A DNA stretch of 64,000 nucleotides from an uncultured Planctomycetota bacterium (GTDB lineage Bacteria; Planctomycetota; Phycisphaerae; Tepidisphaerales; Tepidisphaeraceae). The DNA lies in assembly GCA_963841915.1 (NCBI GenBank), contig CAWJEN010000006.1, positions 64,001-128,000 on the forward strand, in the 5' to 3' direction. The position numbers and the translations under genes were made by a program. Within the stretch, counting starts at the first letter, position 1, and the number at the start of each line of letters is the position of its first letter. The notes under the pieces were generated by a model. The model was given only the letters and a program-made list of their open reading frames with translations, made no database searches and had not been told where the DNA came from. Below, in pieces: positions 10,004-19,968 of the stretch.

Positions 10004-10031
10004 CTTGCTGATTCATCTCCAAACGGCCGCC

Positions 10032-10628
10032 TTAGCGGTAGAATTCGATGATAAGGTTCATGTTGACCTCGAACGGCACGTCGTCAGGCGTCGGCAGCGC
10101 CTGCACCGTGGCGGTCAGGCCGTTCGGGTTGAAGTTGATCCACGACGGAACTTCGTGACCGGCCATCGACTCCATGTTCTCACGAACAAGAGGCTTTGCC
10201 TTTTCCTTGAAGCTGATCTCCATGCCTGGCTCGACGACGAAGCTGGGGATGTCGACCTTCTTGCCGTTCACGAGCACGTGGCCGTGGTTGACCATCTGGC
10301 GTGAGGCCCAGATCGTGCGGGCGGTGCCCATACGGCGGACGACGTTGTCAAGCCGACGCTCGAGCATCTGCACGAACACGGTTGCCGTGTTGCCCTTGGA
10401 GCGACGGGCGCCGTCGAGGGTGCGACGGAACTGCTTTTCGAGCACGCCGTAGTGGTATCGCAGCTTTTGCTTCTCGATGAGGCGGATGCCGTACTCGGTG
10501 TTGCGGCGGCCGCGGTAGCCGTGCACGCCAGGGAGCTGCAGCTCTTTGCTGGTGTGCTTCGGAATGTCGGCAATCGGAACGCCGACGCGGCGGGACAGAC
10601 GAACTTTAGGGCCGGTGTAACGGGCCAT
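10032..10628 (-). CDS. rpsD: 30S ribosomal protein S4
   Basis: MARYTGPKVRLSRR, EYGIRLIEKQKLR, LERRLDNVV, RQMVNHGHVLVNGKKVDIPSF, IIEFY. Confidence 0.98.
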   Translation of the reverse strand: MARYTGPKVRLSRRVGVPIADIPKHTSKELQLPGVHGYRGRRNTEYGIRLIEKQKLRYHYGVLEKQFRRTLDGARRSKGNTATVFVQMLERRLDNVVRRMGTARTIWASRQMVNHGHVLVNGKKVDIPSFVVEPGMEISFKEKAKPLVRENMESMAGHEVPSWINFNPNGLTATVQALPTPDDVPFEVNMNLIIEFYR

Positions 10629-10841
10629 AGGGTTTGCTCCGCGACTACTTCAAGTCGCTTCCCGGGCGGGCACGGCATCCATCACTTCCCGCGGAACAGT
10701 GAGCGACAACTTACGTGCGACAGCAGGCAGCTTCCGCGTGGCTCGGGGCACACGGGCCTGCACAGGTTGTAAAGCAGACGTCGAACACCGACGCCCGCCG
10801 CGGGTCGCCACGTTAGGCCACCAGGCTAGATCTTTCCCGAG

Positions 10842-11885
10842 TCACTGCGGCAACGCTTCAGTAGAGTCGATCAGAACCGTCGTCACATCGTCAATCAGCG
10901 GCGTGTAGAGCACAAGGTTCGACCGCCAGTCGCTCAAAATCGATCCACCTGCCGGCTCCCGCGTCACGGCAAAGGCGATGGCCTGGCCGACCGGCAGCGT
11001 CGGTCGCAACAGCAGCGTTCGAAGCTGATCGTCGCGGCGGCTTCGCTCGCGCACATTAAACACTCCAGCCGGAACGCGATTCGCCCCTTCGGGTCGATCG
11101 GCGTCAACGATCCAAAATTGGTACTGCTCAACCGCCGCGTCATTCGGCGGCAGGCCGATGATCTGAGCCAGGCCGCCCTGTCGAGCGTCGCTCCACAAGA
11201 CGTTACCACCGGCTGCCTCGGGTGCGCCAGCGACCGGCTTCATCCAAATTCGAGCGGCACCGGCTTCTTCGGCAATGCGATACGACACATGACCCGCGCC
11301 GCCGATCTCTTCGACAGGTCCATCGGCGATAAGGGGGCCGATGTCAACCGTCTGCTGGGTCAAGCGGAGCACGACGACGCCCAGGCCGATGGCAGTCACA
11401 AGCAAGGCAACTGCGACGAACACGCTGATCCTAGCCAGTTGCCGCCATTGTTGCATTTGCGAGGCGAGTTCGACCCGTTGCTCTTGCCGCGATGCGTTCC
11501 AAAGAGCCGCCGACATGTTCCGTCGCACATCGGCAGGCATGACATGCAGTCCGGCGTGACGCCGCTTCGTTGTCGGCTCTGGATCAGATGACGCGTCAGC
11601 TTCAGCCCGCATCACGCCCTCGAACAAGCCACGCATGCCGGCGAACTCGGCTCTCAACGACGCGGCCTCGCCGGGGAGCAGGATGCGCAGCCGCTCATAA
11701 GACTGTCTTTCTTGCGGCGTGAGCGTGTCAAGCCCACCCAGCACGACATCCGCTGTCAGGTCCCGCAGTTCCCCTACGGCAGAGGCGACGTCCTGCGACG
11801 CGTAACGTAGCGGCATCTGCTGACCGGCAGCGACACCTTCGGGCTCTGACCGTTGGCGGTGAATGTCGGATCTCTGGTTCGGCAT
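10842..11885 (-). CDS. Anti-sigma factor, RskA family; start uncertain
   Basis: Single TM helix, then GLPPND...QYQFWIVD...AGVF...AFAVTREPAGGS. Confidence 0.8.
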   Translation of the reverse strand: MPNQRSDIHRQRSEPEGVAAGQQMPLRYASQDVASAVGELRDLTADVVLGGLDTLTPQERQSYERLRILLPGEAASLRAEFAGMRGLFEGVMRAEADASSDPEPTTKRRHAGLHVMPADVRRNMSAALWNASRQEQRVELASQMQQWRQLARISVFVAVALLVTAIGLGVVVLRLTQQTVDIGPLIADGPVEEIGGAGHVSYRIAEEAGAARIWMKPVAGAPEAAGGNVLWSDARQGGLAQIIGLPPNDAAVEQYQFWIVDADRPEGANRVPAGVFNVRERSRRDDQLRTLLLRPTLPVGQAIAFAVTREPAGGSILSDWRSNLVLYTPLIDDVTTVLIDSTEALPQ

Positions 11886-12116
11886 AGACGCTCGGCGGCC
11901 ACAGCTAACAGCCTGGAACCACAACAAGGTCGCACAGGCAATGCTCGGCCCTCCCAAGCCGGCCAATGCGACGGTTCCTCCGCGAGGGTCTTCGCCAACG
12001 TCGCGAGCCTGGTTTCACCAGATGTCGTAATCTCGATTAACAGCGCATCCGCTCTCTGCAGGCGGAAGATGTTCCGTTGGTAACCAGCTCGATCTCGCTA
12101 CTCGAAGCTCAACCCA

Positions 12117-12791
12117 TCACGTTCTGAAGGCGACCGATTCGTCGTCTCCCCATCCTTCGTCATTAGGGGTACACGCAGCGGCCGCTGAGGAGAGGCGGTC
12201 TTCGAGTTCCGATGCCGTGAGCCCGGTGATGCGAAACGTTTTCTCCGCCTTCGTCTGCCCGCTTACAATGGCCAACTGGTGCTGCGGCACGCCGAGCGCC
12301 AGCCCGACCTGCTTCAACGCGGCGGCGTTGGCCAAGCCGCTTTCGGCATCAACCGTTGCCGCGATGCGGATCAACCCGCTCTCGATCGCAAGCACCGCAC
12401 TGCTCGCTGCACCGCCTTCGACCAGAACCTCGACAGTCATCGCTTCAACGTCGCCCTCCGTCCCTGCCGTCGCTGTGCCACCGGCCGATGCCATGCCAAG
12501 CAACGCGTCGAGGTCATCATCATCCAGCGGCGTAGAGCCGGTCATATCGACGCTCACAGAATCGCGGCGCGGCGGGGTCGGTTCGTAATTAACCGGCGTC
12601 GGATATAGTCGCGGCTTGCCGAATGCACGCCAGAAGGTGAAGTAGAAGATGACGAAGAAGTCGTGCGGCTCGTGGCGGCCGAGCAGCTTGGCGAGTATTT
12701 GAAACCCGCCGAGCGTCGCTAGAGCAACGACTTCGAGCAGTAGCAGCCAAGCGAGAGCGTCCGGCCACCAATCGAAGACAAATTGGTTCAT
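12117..12791 (-). CDS. DUF167 (YggU)-like domain with an N-terminal membrane segment
   Basis: GLANAA...LGVP...IVSGQT..EKTFRI matches the DUF167 pattern. Confidence 0.6.
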   Translation of the reverse strand: MNQFVFDWWPDALAWLLLLEVVALATLGGFQILAKLLGRHEPHDFFVIFYFTFWRAFGKPRLYPTPVNYEPTPPRRDSVSVDMTGSTPLDDDDLDALLGMASAGGTATAGTEGDVEAMTVEVLVEGGAASSAVLAIESGLIRIAATVDAESGLANAAALKQVGLALGVPQHQLAIVSGQTKAEKTFRITGLTASELEDRLSSAAAACTPNDEGWGDDESVAFRT

Positions 12792-12818
12792 AGCTTCAAA
12801 TGAAGAGCGTGGCGACGC

Positions 12819-13103
12819 TCAGAAAGACTCCGCCCGCGCTTCGCGGTAGGCAGCAATCAACGCCTGAATGATTCGTCGGCCCAAGAAGAAGACAACACAG
12901 GCAAACAGGATGTAATACAACCCGGTCAGCACTGCCTCGCTGACGAGCCACGTTTGCGCGAGCTGCTTGCCCTCCGGCGAGAGCTGCTCAGCGTATTCCG
13001 CCGCTTCGCGGTACTCCTGCGTCGTGAACGATGCCAACGCGGACGTGATGTGTGCCCCAAATCCCATAAGTCCCACTCTAAAGCAGCATCGTCCCCGCTG
13101 CAA
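12819..13103 (-). CDS. Small hypothetical membrane protein; start uncertain
   Basis: One TM helix; fills the gap between co-oriented genes. Confidence 0.5.
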   Translation of the reverse strand: MQRGRCCFRVGLMGFGAHITSALASFTTQEYREAAEYAEQLSPEGKQLAQTWLVSEAVLTGLYYILFACVVFFLGRRIIQALIAAYREARAESF

Positions 13104-13123
13104 ATAGACACAGATCGGGTGGC

Positions 13124-13161
13124 AAAAGAAACCGGCCCGGCCACTTTCGTGGACGGGCCGG
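13124..13161 (-). terminator. Rho-independent terminator of the DUF11 gene
   Basis: Minus strand CCGGCCCGTCCAC-GAAA-GTGGCCGGGCCGG followed by TTTCTTTT. Confidence 0.8.
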
Positions 13162-13209
13162 CGGATTCAACCGGACAAGAAGCCCGAGAAGTCGCTCGCT
13201 GACGATGCC

Positions 13210-14781
13210 TTAGTAAAGGCGGGTCGGCTCAGCCTCGGTGATGTCGCCGTCTGTGTTGTCACTGTTGATCGTGACATCAAACTTCTGACCACCAGCGGCC
13301 TCAACGGCCTCGACGGTGACGTACCAGGTGACGCTGCCGCCACTCTCGAGTGTCGGAACTTCGGTCATCGTGACCTTGTTGCCGTCGTTGGTGACCTCGG
13401 TGTCGCCTTGGGCGCTGACGAACTTCGTGCCCTTGGGCAGGACGGCCGAGACCTTCAGGTTGTTGTCCGGGCCACTGCCTTCGTTAATGACGGTGACTTC
13501 GTAGACGGTTTGACCGCCGACCTGGACCGGGTCCTGCTGGTCGACGACCTCGAGCTGGAGAGCGCTGATCGTGCGGACCTCGAGCTGGGCGACAGCCTCG
13601 GCACGGGCGAGCTCTGCACCGCTGTCGCGGCAAACAGCTTGCGTCACCGCACCGAGCTTCACGACGGCCGCTTCGTCAGGCGTGCTGACGTCGACGTAGA
13701 CGGTCGTGCTCTGACCTGGCTGCAGCGTGCCGAGCATGATCTTGTCGTCGTCACCACGCTGATCGTCGCTGACGTAGATGTTGGTCACTTCGGCACCCTG
13801 GCCGGCGGCCGCGGCAAGCACCGCACGGTCGGCGGCGACGCTGCCGGTGTTGCGGATCGTCAGCTGGAACCGAGCATCCTCACCGACGTAGGTGAACGGA
13901 CGGGCCGGCTGGGCCGAAATCTCAAGCTTCGGAGCGGCAAACTCAGCTTCGATCCGCTCGCTCTTGACCTCGCCCAGTTCGCTCTTGGCGATTGCGTAGC
14001 TGCCGAAGCTGGCCGGGCGCTCAGCCTTGACCATCACGCGTTGCTCCATCGACTTACCGGCGGCAAGGTCGCCGACTTCCATCTCCATCGTCCGCTCGCC
14101 GCTCTCGGCGAACATCATGCCCTCGGGCAGCTCGTCGAACAGCAACACGTCACTGGCGGCGGTGTCGCCCTCGTTCTTGAGAACGTAGACCATCTCGACA
14201 GGCGTGCAAACGCTGAATGGGCCTTCGCTGGCGAGCGACTTCGTCAGGCGAAGCTCGGGGTTCACGACGCTCAGCACCGAGCAAATGCCGCGGTCGAACT
14301 CGTAGTACGTGCAAGCCTGCAGGTCGCCGAGCTGTTGGGGCGTGCCCTTGATCGTGATGCTGCCGGTGTCGCCGTCGCGCATTTCGTTCATGCGGAACGT
14401 CAGGACGTTGCCGTCCTGGCTCGTCGGCTCGGGCGTCGACGACTCGAAGGCGAAACCTTCGGGCAGCTCTTCGCGGATGATCAGGCCGTTAACACCGCCA
14501 CCGCTGGTGTTGGCGTAGTTGATCGTGTACTCGGTCGTCGTGCCGAGCTTAATCTCCTGCGGAGCCGACTTTTCGATCGTGATGTCGCCTTCAGCCGTTG
14601 CAGTGGCCATCTTGCCCGACTGCATTAGCACGGGCACAATGCGGCCGGAGGTTTCGATCTCTAGCTCGGCGTCGTCGTCGTCACAGGCGACGTTGAAGCC
14701 TGCGAGTCCGACGCCGGCGGCGAGGAGGGCGGTCATGCTCAGGCGACGGCCGAGCGGAAGGGTATTGGCGAGTTTCAGCAT
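13210..14781 (-). CDS. DUF11-repeat lipoprotein resembling chlamydial OmcB
   Basis: GGAG RBS, lipobox NVAC, four repeats of Y...N.G......D/E.LP.G..F, and LEVVDQQDPVQVGGQTVYEVTVINEGS. Confidence 0.75.
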   Translation of the reverse strand: MLKLANTLPLGRRLSMTALLAAGVGLAGFNVACDDDDAELEIETSGRIVPVLMQSGKMATATAEGDITIEKSAPQEIKLGTTTEYTINYANTSGGGVNGLIIREELPEGFAFESSTPEPTSQDGNVLTFRMNEMRDGDTGSITIKGTPQQLGDLQACTYYEFDRGICSVLSVVNPELRLTKSLASEGPFSVCTPVEMVYVLKNEGDTAASDVLLFDELPEGMMFAESGERTMEMEVGDLAAGKSMEQRVMVKAERPASFGSYAIAKSELGEVKSERIEAEFAAPKLEISAQPARPFTYVGEDARFQLTIRNTGSVAADRAVLAAAAGQGAEVTNIYVSDDQRGDDDKIMLGTLQPGQSTTVYVDVSTPDEAAVVKLGAVTQAVCRDSGAELARAEAVAQLEVRTISALQLEVVDQQDPVQVGGQTVYEVTVINEGSGPDNNLKVSAVLPKGTKFVSAQGDTEVTNDGNKVTMTEVPTLESGGSVTWYVTVEAVEAAGGQKFDVTINSDNTDGDITEAEPTRLY

Positions 14782-14868
14782 GTCTTGGATCTCCGTGAAG
14801 TGATGGTCAATGTCGTACAGAAGCTCACCTCTGGCAGTACCTGCCAAGTGGGAGCTACCAGACAGCAA

Positions 14869-14885
14869 GGCAACTTGCCTGCCAA
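14869..14885 (-). promoter_or_regulatory. Putative sigma54 -24/-12 promoter
   Basis: Minus strand TTGGCAGGCAAGTTGCC (GG-N10-GC), about 90 nt upstream of the DUF11 gene. Confidence 0.6.
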
Positions 14886-15028
14886 ACGCGTGGAACGTCC
14901 GACATTTCTTACCGTCTGGTCTGATTCCGCGGTCAGGGCGAGCTGCAGAGGCCGACTGGGGTAGCGGTGCTGCGTCGTCTTGTCAGGTCGTCGCACCTCC
15001 TCCGACAGCCTGCGCCAATAGTTACCGC

Positions 15029-16039
15029 TTGCTCCACGACCTGCCGAGCCTGCGACGGAACCTGCTGCGCTGGTATGACACGAATGCACGCGAACTGCCG
15101 TGGCGTGGCGAAGGGTGCACGCCATATCGCGTGCTCGTCAGCGAGTTCATGCTCCAGCAAACGCAGGTCGCGACGGCTTTGCCCTACTTCGAGCGGTTTT
15201 TGGCCGCGTTACCTACCGTCGAAGCCTTGTCCCAGGCTGATGAAGCCGTCGTCCTTCGGTTGTGGCAAGGCCTTGGGTACTACAGCCGAGCGAGACGGCT
15301 TCAGGCGACGGCGAGAGTGATCGTCGAGCGTTACAACAGCCTTGTGCCACGCGATGTGCCGGCCTTGCTCGCCCTGCCGGGTGTCGGCAGGTACACCGCC
15401 GGCGCGATCGCATCCATTGCCTTCAACGTCCCGGCCCCGATCGTCGACGGCAACGTGGTCCGTGTGCTGACGCGGTTGCACGCGATCCAGGATGATCCGG
15501 CACAGCCTGCCGTCCAACGGCAACTCTGGTCGCTGGCCGAGGCGGCGGTCGATCCAAAGCGGCCGGGCGACTTCAACTCGTCGCTAATGGAGCTTGGAGC
15601 GACCGTCTGTACGTCGAGGTCGCCGCGTTGTTTAACTTGTCCGGTGCGGCGTCACTGTGCTGCCAAGGCGGCCGGGCTTGAAGAAACTATTCCACCACCG
15701 AAGCAAACCAGGCAGTTGCCGAGGGTCGAACGCCACGTATGGCGCGTGGAGACGGACGACAATCGCCTGCTTGTCGAGCAACGGCCGACCAGCGGTCGCT
15801 GGGCCTCTATGTGGCAATTCATCAGCCGCCCCGCCGGCTCGCCACCACCGGTTGAGCTCGACGGCGTCCGCAGCCTCGGCACAATCAGCCACGCGCTGAC
15901 GCACCGCAAGTACCAGTTCCACGTCAGTCGCGCCCGACTTGTCGGCCAAGTGCCCGACGCCTTTGTTGCAGCCGACGAACAGGCGCTCGACAAGCTTGCG
16001 ATGCCCAAGCCGCACGTACGTATTCGATACATGACTTAA
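15029..16039 (+). CDS. mutY: A/G-specific adenine glycosylase; start approximate
   Basis: RELPWR, VSEFMLQQTQV, WQGLGYYSRARRL, LPGVGRYTAGAI, VDGNV, and the C-x6-C-x2-C-x5-C Fe-S motif. Confidence 0.95.
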   Translation: MLHDLPSLRRNLLRWYDTNARELPWRGEGCTPYRVLVSEFMLQQTQVATALPYFERFLAALPTVEALSQADEAVVLRLWQGLGYYSRARRLQATARVIVERYNSLVPRDVPALLALPGVGRYTAGAIASIAFNVPAPIVDGNVVRVLTRLHAIQDDPAQPAVQRQLWSLAEAAVDPKRPGDFNSSLMELGATVCTSRSPRCLTCPVRRHCAAKAAGLEETIPPPKQTRQLPRVERHVWRVETDDNRLLVEQRPTSGRWASMWQFISRPAGSPPPVELDGVRSLGTISHALTHRKYQFHVSRARLVGQVPDAFVAADEQALDKLAMPKPHVRIRYMT

Positions 16040-16053
16040 CTCCACCACATAGT

Positions 16054-16088
16054 GGAAGAAGCCGCGCCTTAGCAGCGCGGCTTCTTCC
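16054..16088. terminator. Bidirectional terminator between mutY and nuoF
   Basis: Perfect 14-bp stem GGAAGAAGCCGCGC/GCGCGGCTTCTTCC. Confidence 0.8.
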
Positions 16089-16108
16089 TGAATGGCAACC
16101 AGACCGTG

Positions 16109-17467
16109 CTACCGCGTGTTGCTCCCCATCGGCGTCAGCACATTGCTGCGGCCAGCGTTGATGGTGAGCTTCACCGTCTTTTGCGGGTCAGGCGTCACGC
16201 GGCTGGCGAACTCGTCGTAGTACTTGTTGATAAACGTCCGCGTCGCCCACGCCGTGCCGTCGGCCAGGCCGCAGATCGTCGTGCCGGGCATGATGCCCAT
16301 CGTCTTCTCGAGTTCGAGCAGCATGTCGATGTCGCGCTGCCGGCCGTGACCTTCGACAATGCGGTCGAGAATCTTCCGCATCCAGTGGCTGCCCTCACGG
16401 CACGGCGTGCACTGGCCGCACGACTCGTGGCTGTAGAACCGGACGCAGTTGCGTAAGGCATTGACCATGTCCGTGTGCTCGTTCATGACGATCATGCCCG
16501 CCGTTCCGAGGCCCAGGCAGCCGCCGTTGAAGCGGACATCATCGAAATCGAGCTTCACGTCAAGCTGGTCCGGCCCGAGCACGCCCATGGAGATGCCGCC
16601 GCAGATAGAGCCCTTGTAGGCCCCGCCCTTCATGCCGCCAGCCATCTCGATGCTTTCGCCGAGCGTGATGCCCAGCGGAGCTTCATAGACGCCCGGATCG
16701 TTGAGGTGACCGCTCATGCCGAACAGCTTGGGGCCCGGTGAACTCTTGGTGCCCATGCTCTTGAACCAATCGGCCCCGCGTTCCAGAATCCAAGGCATGC
16801 AGCAGAGCGTTTCGACGTTGTTGATGACCGTCGGCTTACCGAACGCACCTTCGATGGCCGGAAACGGCGGCTTGATCCGCGGCCAACCCCGCTTGCCTTC
16901 GAGAGCTTCGAGCAAGCCCGTCTCTTCGCCGCAGATGTAAGCCCCGGCACCCATGTGGACGTAGCACTCAAGCGGCCGGCCCAAAATCGAGTCCTTGCCG
17001 AAGATGTTGTTGGCGTACGCCTCAGCGACGGCCTTCTCCAGCACTTTGATCTGCCGGTGATACTCGCCGCGAATGAAGAGATAGATGACATCGACTTGCG
17101 TCGCGATCGAGCAAATCGCACAGCCTTCGAGCAGCTGGTGCGGGTCGTAGTCGATCAGGTAGCGGTCCTTGAACGTGCCCGGCTCCGACTCGTCGCCGTT
17201 GACGGCGAGGTAGTGCGTGGTCTTCTTTTCCTTAGGAATGAACGACCACTTCTGCCCGGCACTGAAGCCCGCCCCGCCGCGGCCACGCAGGCCGGAGTCG
17301 GTCGTGAGCTTGATGAGCTCGTCGGGCGTCATGCCGACAGCCTTCTTGAGCTGCTCATAACCGCCGGTGGCGACGTACTTGTCGTACCAGACGAGCTCCC
17401 GCTTGGCGGGATCCAGCGGGATGCGCTTGGTGAGAACGGGCTCAAAACCGGGGTAGCCGTTGGTCAT
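16109..17467 (-). CDS. nuoF: NADH-quinone oxidoreductase subunit F
   Basis: SGLRGRGGAGF, NGDESEPGTFKDR, GAGAYICGEET, HESCGQCTPCREG, TICGLADG. Confidence 0.96.
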   Translation of the reverse strand: MTNGYPGFEPVLTKRIPLDPAKRELVWYDKYVATGGYEQLKKAVGMTPDELIKLTTDSGLRGRGGAGFSAGQKWSFIPKEKKTTHYLAVNGDESEPGTFKDRYLIDYDPHQLLEGCAICSIATQVDVIYLFIRGEYHRQIKVLEKAVAEAYANNIFGKDSILGRPLECYVHMGAGAYICGEETGLLEALEGKRGWPRIKPPFPAIEGAFGKPTVINNVETLCCMPWILERGADWFKSMGTKSSPGPKLFGMSGHLNDPGVYEAPLGITLGESIEMAGGMKGGAYKGSICGGISMGVLGPDQLDVKLDFDDVRFNGGCLGLGTAGMIVMNEHTDMVNALRNCVRFYSHESCGQCTPCREGSHWMRKILDRIVEGHGRQRDIDMLLELEKTMGIMPGTTICGLADGTAWATRTFINKYYDEFASRVTPDPQKTVKLTINAGRSNVLTPMGSNTR

Positions 17468-17551
17468 CGCACGCGAGTCTACGCGGCAGCGGCCTGACAC
17501 GCGACGAAGGCAACAGATCTGAAACAATCGGTCAGTAGGTCGGCGGTGAGC

Positions 17552-18106
17552 TCATGAAGAGAGTTGTGTCAGCACGGCAACCAGCGCTTCCCGCTCAGCC
17601 GCCTGTACGCGGGCGGCGAGTGATTCAGGTGTGTCGACATCCTGCACGCGAACGCACTGCTGTTCGATGATCGGGCCGGTGTCGAGGCCGTTGTCGACGT
17701 AGTGGACCGTGCAGCCCGTCACGCGACAGCCCGTCGCAAGCACGGCCTCATGCACGTGTCGGCCGAACATGCCGACGCCGCCGAAGCTGGGCAAGAGGCT
17801 CGGGTGGACGTTGATCACGCGTCGATCGATCCAAGGCGTATCGAGCGTCAACTGACGCATCCAGCCGGCCAGGACGATCAGATCAACCTCCGCCGGATCG
17901 ATCAGAGATGCCGCGTGTTCCGGATCTGCGGCAACGACGCAGGTAATGCCGTGCCGCTCGCACCGTGCGATGCCACCGACACCGGCACGGCTGCTGATCG
18001 CCTGCACGATGTCGATGTTCGGCAGTCGACCGTCGCCGGTGGCGTCGATGAGGTTCTGCAGCGTTGTCCCGCCGCCGCTGAAGAAGATGGCGATCCGAAG
18101 CCGCAT
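17552..18106 (-). CDS. purN: Phosphoribosylglycinamide formyltransferase
   Basis: IFFSGGGTTLQ, LAGWM, INVHPSLLPSFGG, GCTVHYV, DTGPII. Confidence 0.93.
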   Translation of the reverse strand: MRLRIAIFFSGGGTTLQNLIDATGDGRLPNIDIVQAISSRAGVGGIARCERHGITCVVAADPEHAASLIDPAEVDLIVLAGWMRQLTLDTPWIDRRVINVHPSLLPSFGGVGMFGRHVHEAVLATGCRVTGCTVHYVDNGLDTGPIIEQQCVRVQDVDTPESLAARVQAAEREALVAVLTQLSS

Positions 18107-18164
18107 GGGTCGCAGGGTAGCGGCCGACGGCCGTGGTGGCCGATGTTGAGGGTGCGCCCGCACC

Positions 18165-19568
18165 ATGTCCACAACGAAGTCCAAACCCCGCCTGCTGGTT
18201 ATCGATGATGACCGCGTCCTTCGTTCGTCGCTCGCCGACTTCCTGAGCGACGAGGGCTACGACGCCGATGCGGTGCCGGACGGCAGCGGTGCGTTCAAGC
18301 GACTGGCTGCTGCGCCACATCAGCTCGTCATTGCCGACCTCGCCGCGGCAGGTGAAGGCTTTCTGCGGCGGCTCGCAAAAGAACACGCCGAGACCTTCAG
18401 CATCGTCCTCACCGCCTATGGCAGCATCGAAGAAGCCGTCGCCGCCACGCGAGCCGGTGCGTTCGACTACCTCGTCAAGCCGATTGTCGACGACGAGATT
18501 CGCCTCAGCGTCAAGCGGGCGATCTCGCAGCAGGCACTGCTGCACGACAACAACCGGCTCAAGAAGCGGCTCGACGACACCTTCGGGCTCGGCGACGCCG
18601 GCGGGATCGTCGGTAGCGACACGCAGATGCGTAAAGTCTTCGAAACCGTCGCACAGGTCGCCGACACGCCCACGACCGTCCTCGTCAGCGGCGAAAGCGG
18701 CACCGGTAAGTCGCTGCTGGCCCGCTCGATTCACCAGCTCTCGGGCCGCCGCGACGGCCCGTTCGTCGAAGTCGCTTGCGGAGCGTTGCCCGAACAACTG
18801 CTCGAAACAGAGCTGTTCGGGCACCTGAAGGGTGCGTTCACCGGAGCCGATCGTGACCGCGTCGGGCGTCTGCAACTGGCCGAGGGTGGCACGCTGTTCC
18901 TCGACGAAATCAACTCGGCGTCGTTGGCGATGCAGGTGAAGCTGCTCCGCGTCCTGCAGGAAAAGCTCTACGAACCCGTCGGCTCCAGCGAACCACGGCG
19001 AGCGGACGTGCGATTTGTGCTGGCGACAAATGCCGACCTGGAGACACTCGTCGCGGCTGGCACGTTCAGGCAGGATCTGTTCTACCGCATCAATGTGGTG
19101 ACGCTCGACCTGCCGCCGTTGCGTGATCGGCCGGCCGACGTGCCGTTGCTGGCCGAGCACTTTCTGGAGCAGTTCCGCACGCAACTCAAGCGCGACGTCG
19201 GCGGCTTCACACCAGAGGCGGCGGAAGTGCTGAGTCGCTACGCCTGGCCGGGCAACATTCGCGAACTCGAGAACGCTGTTGAGCGGGCAACGGTCTTATG
19301 TCAACGACTGACGATTGACGTCGACGACCTGCCGTCCCCAATCCGTCAGGGGCGTCAGACACCGCAGCTGAGTATGGTACCGGCGGAGCTTGCCGATGTC
19401 GCCGAATTGCCACTGCGTGAGGCAATGGAAGCTTTAGAGCGCCCGATTCTGATGGCGGCATTGGAGCGAAACAGCTGGAGTCGCCAGAAAACGGCCGAAG
19501 CGCTCGGCATCAACAGGGCCACGCTCTTCAAGAAGATGCGCCGGTTCCGGCTCGACGTGCCTGCGTGA
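18165..19568 (+). CDS. Sigma54-dependent response regulator (NtrC/AtoC family)
   Basis: Receiver domain, GESGTGKS, GAFTGA, LFLDEI, RQDLFYRINV, WPGNIRELEN, Fis-type HTH. Confidence 0.95.
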   Translation: MSTTKSKPRLLVIDDDRVLRSSLADFLSDEGYDADAVPDGSGAFKRLAAAPHQLVIADLAAAGEGFLRRLAKEHAETFSIVLTAYGSIEEAVAATRAGAFDYLVKPIVDDEIRLSVKRAISQQALLHDNNRLKKRLDDTFGLGDAGGIVGSDTQMRKVFETVAQVADTPTTVLVSGESGTGKSLLARSIHQLSGRRDGPFVEVACGALPEQLLETELFGHLKGAFTGADRDRVGRLQLAEGGTLFLDEINSASLAMQVKLLRVLQEKLYEPVGSSEPRRADVRFVLATNADLETLVAAGTFRQDLFYRINVVTLDLPPLRDRPADVPLLAEHFLEQFRTQLKRDVGGFTPEAAEVLSRYAWPGNIRELENAVERATVLCQRLTIDVDDLPSPIRQGRQTPQLSMVPAELADVAELPLREAMEALERPILMAALERNSWSRQKTAEALGINRATLFKKMRRFRLDVPA

Positions 19569-19584
19569 CAGGACGACGAACGCA

Positions 19585-19959
19585 TCAGCCCAAGCCGCCC
19601 ATGCCGCCGAGCATTTCCGGGGGTAATCCGGCTTCCTGAGCCGCTTCGGTCATGAGGCGTTGCGTGAGCTGCGCTGCCTCACTGGCCGCCTTCTGTTGGG
19701 CCTCGGTAACTGCTTTGACGACGTGGGCCTCGAGGTGCTCGGTGTGGTCGACCGCCGCCGAATCGATCTTGATCGAGATCAGTTCGAGCTTGCCGTTGCA
19801 GGTCGCCTCGACGCTGCCATCACCCGCGTCGGCGGTTGTGCGGATGTTTTCGAGCTGAGCCTTGAGCTTCTCCTGCATCTCGCCCATCTTGGCCTGCATC
19901 TCCTTGGCCTTGGCGAGCATCTGCGGGAGCTGGGCGAGATCTTTAAAGTTGCCGAACAT
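19585..19959 (-). CDS. ybaB: YbaB/EbfC nucleoid-associated protein
   Basis: AKEMQAKMGEMQ...AGDGSVEATCNG...IKID; ATG 19959 lies 6 nt after TAGACT. Confidence 0.85.
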   Translation of the reverse strand: MFGNFKDLAQLPQMLAKAKEMQAKMGEMQEKLKAQLENIRTTADAGDGSVEATCNGKLELISIKIDSAAVDHTEHLEAHVVKAVTEAQQKAASEAAQLTQRLMTEAAQEAGLPPEMLGGMGGLG

Positions 19960-19968
19960 GCCCACAGT

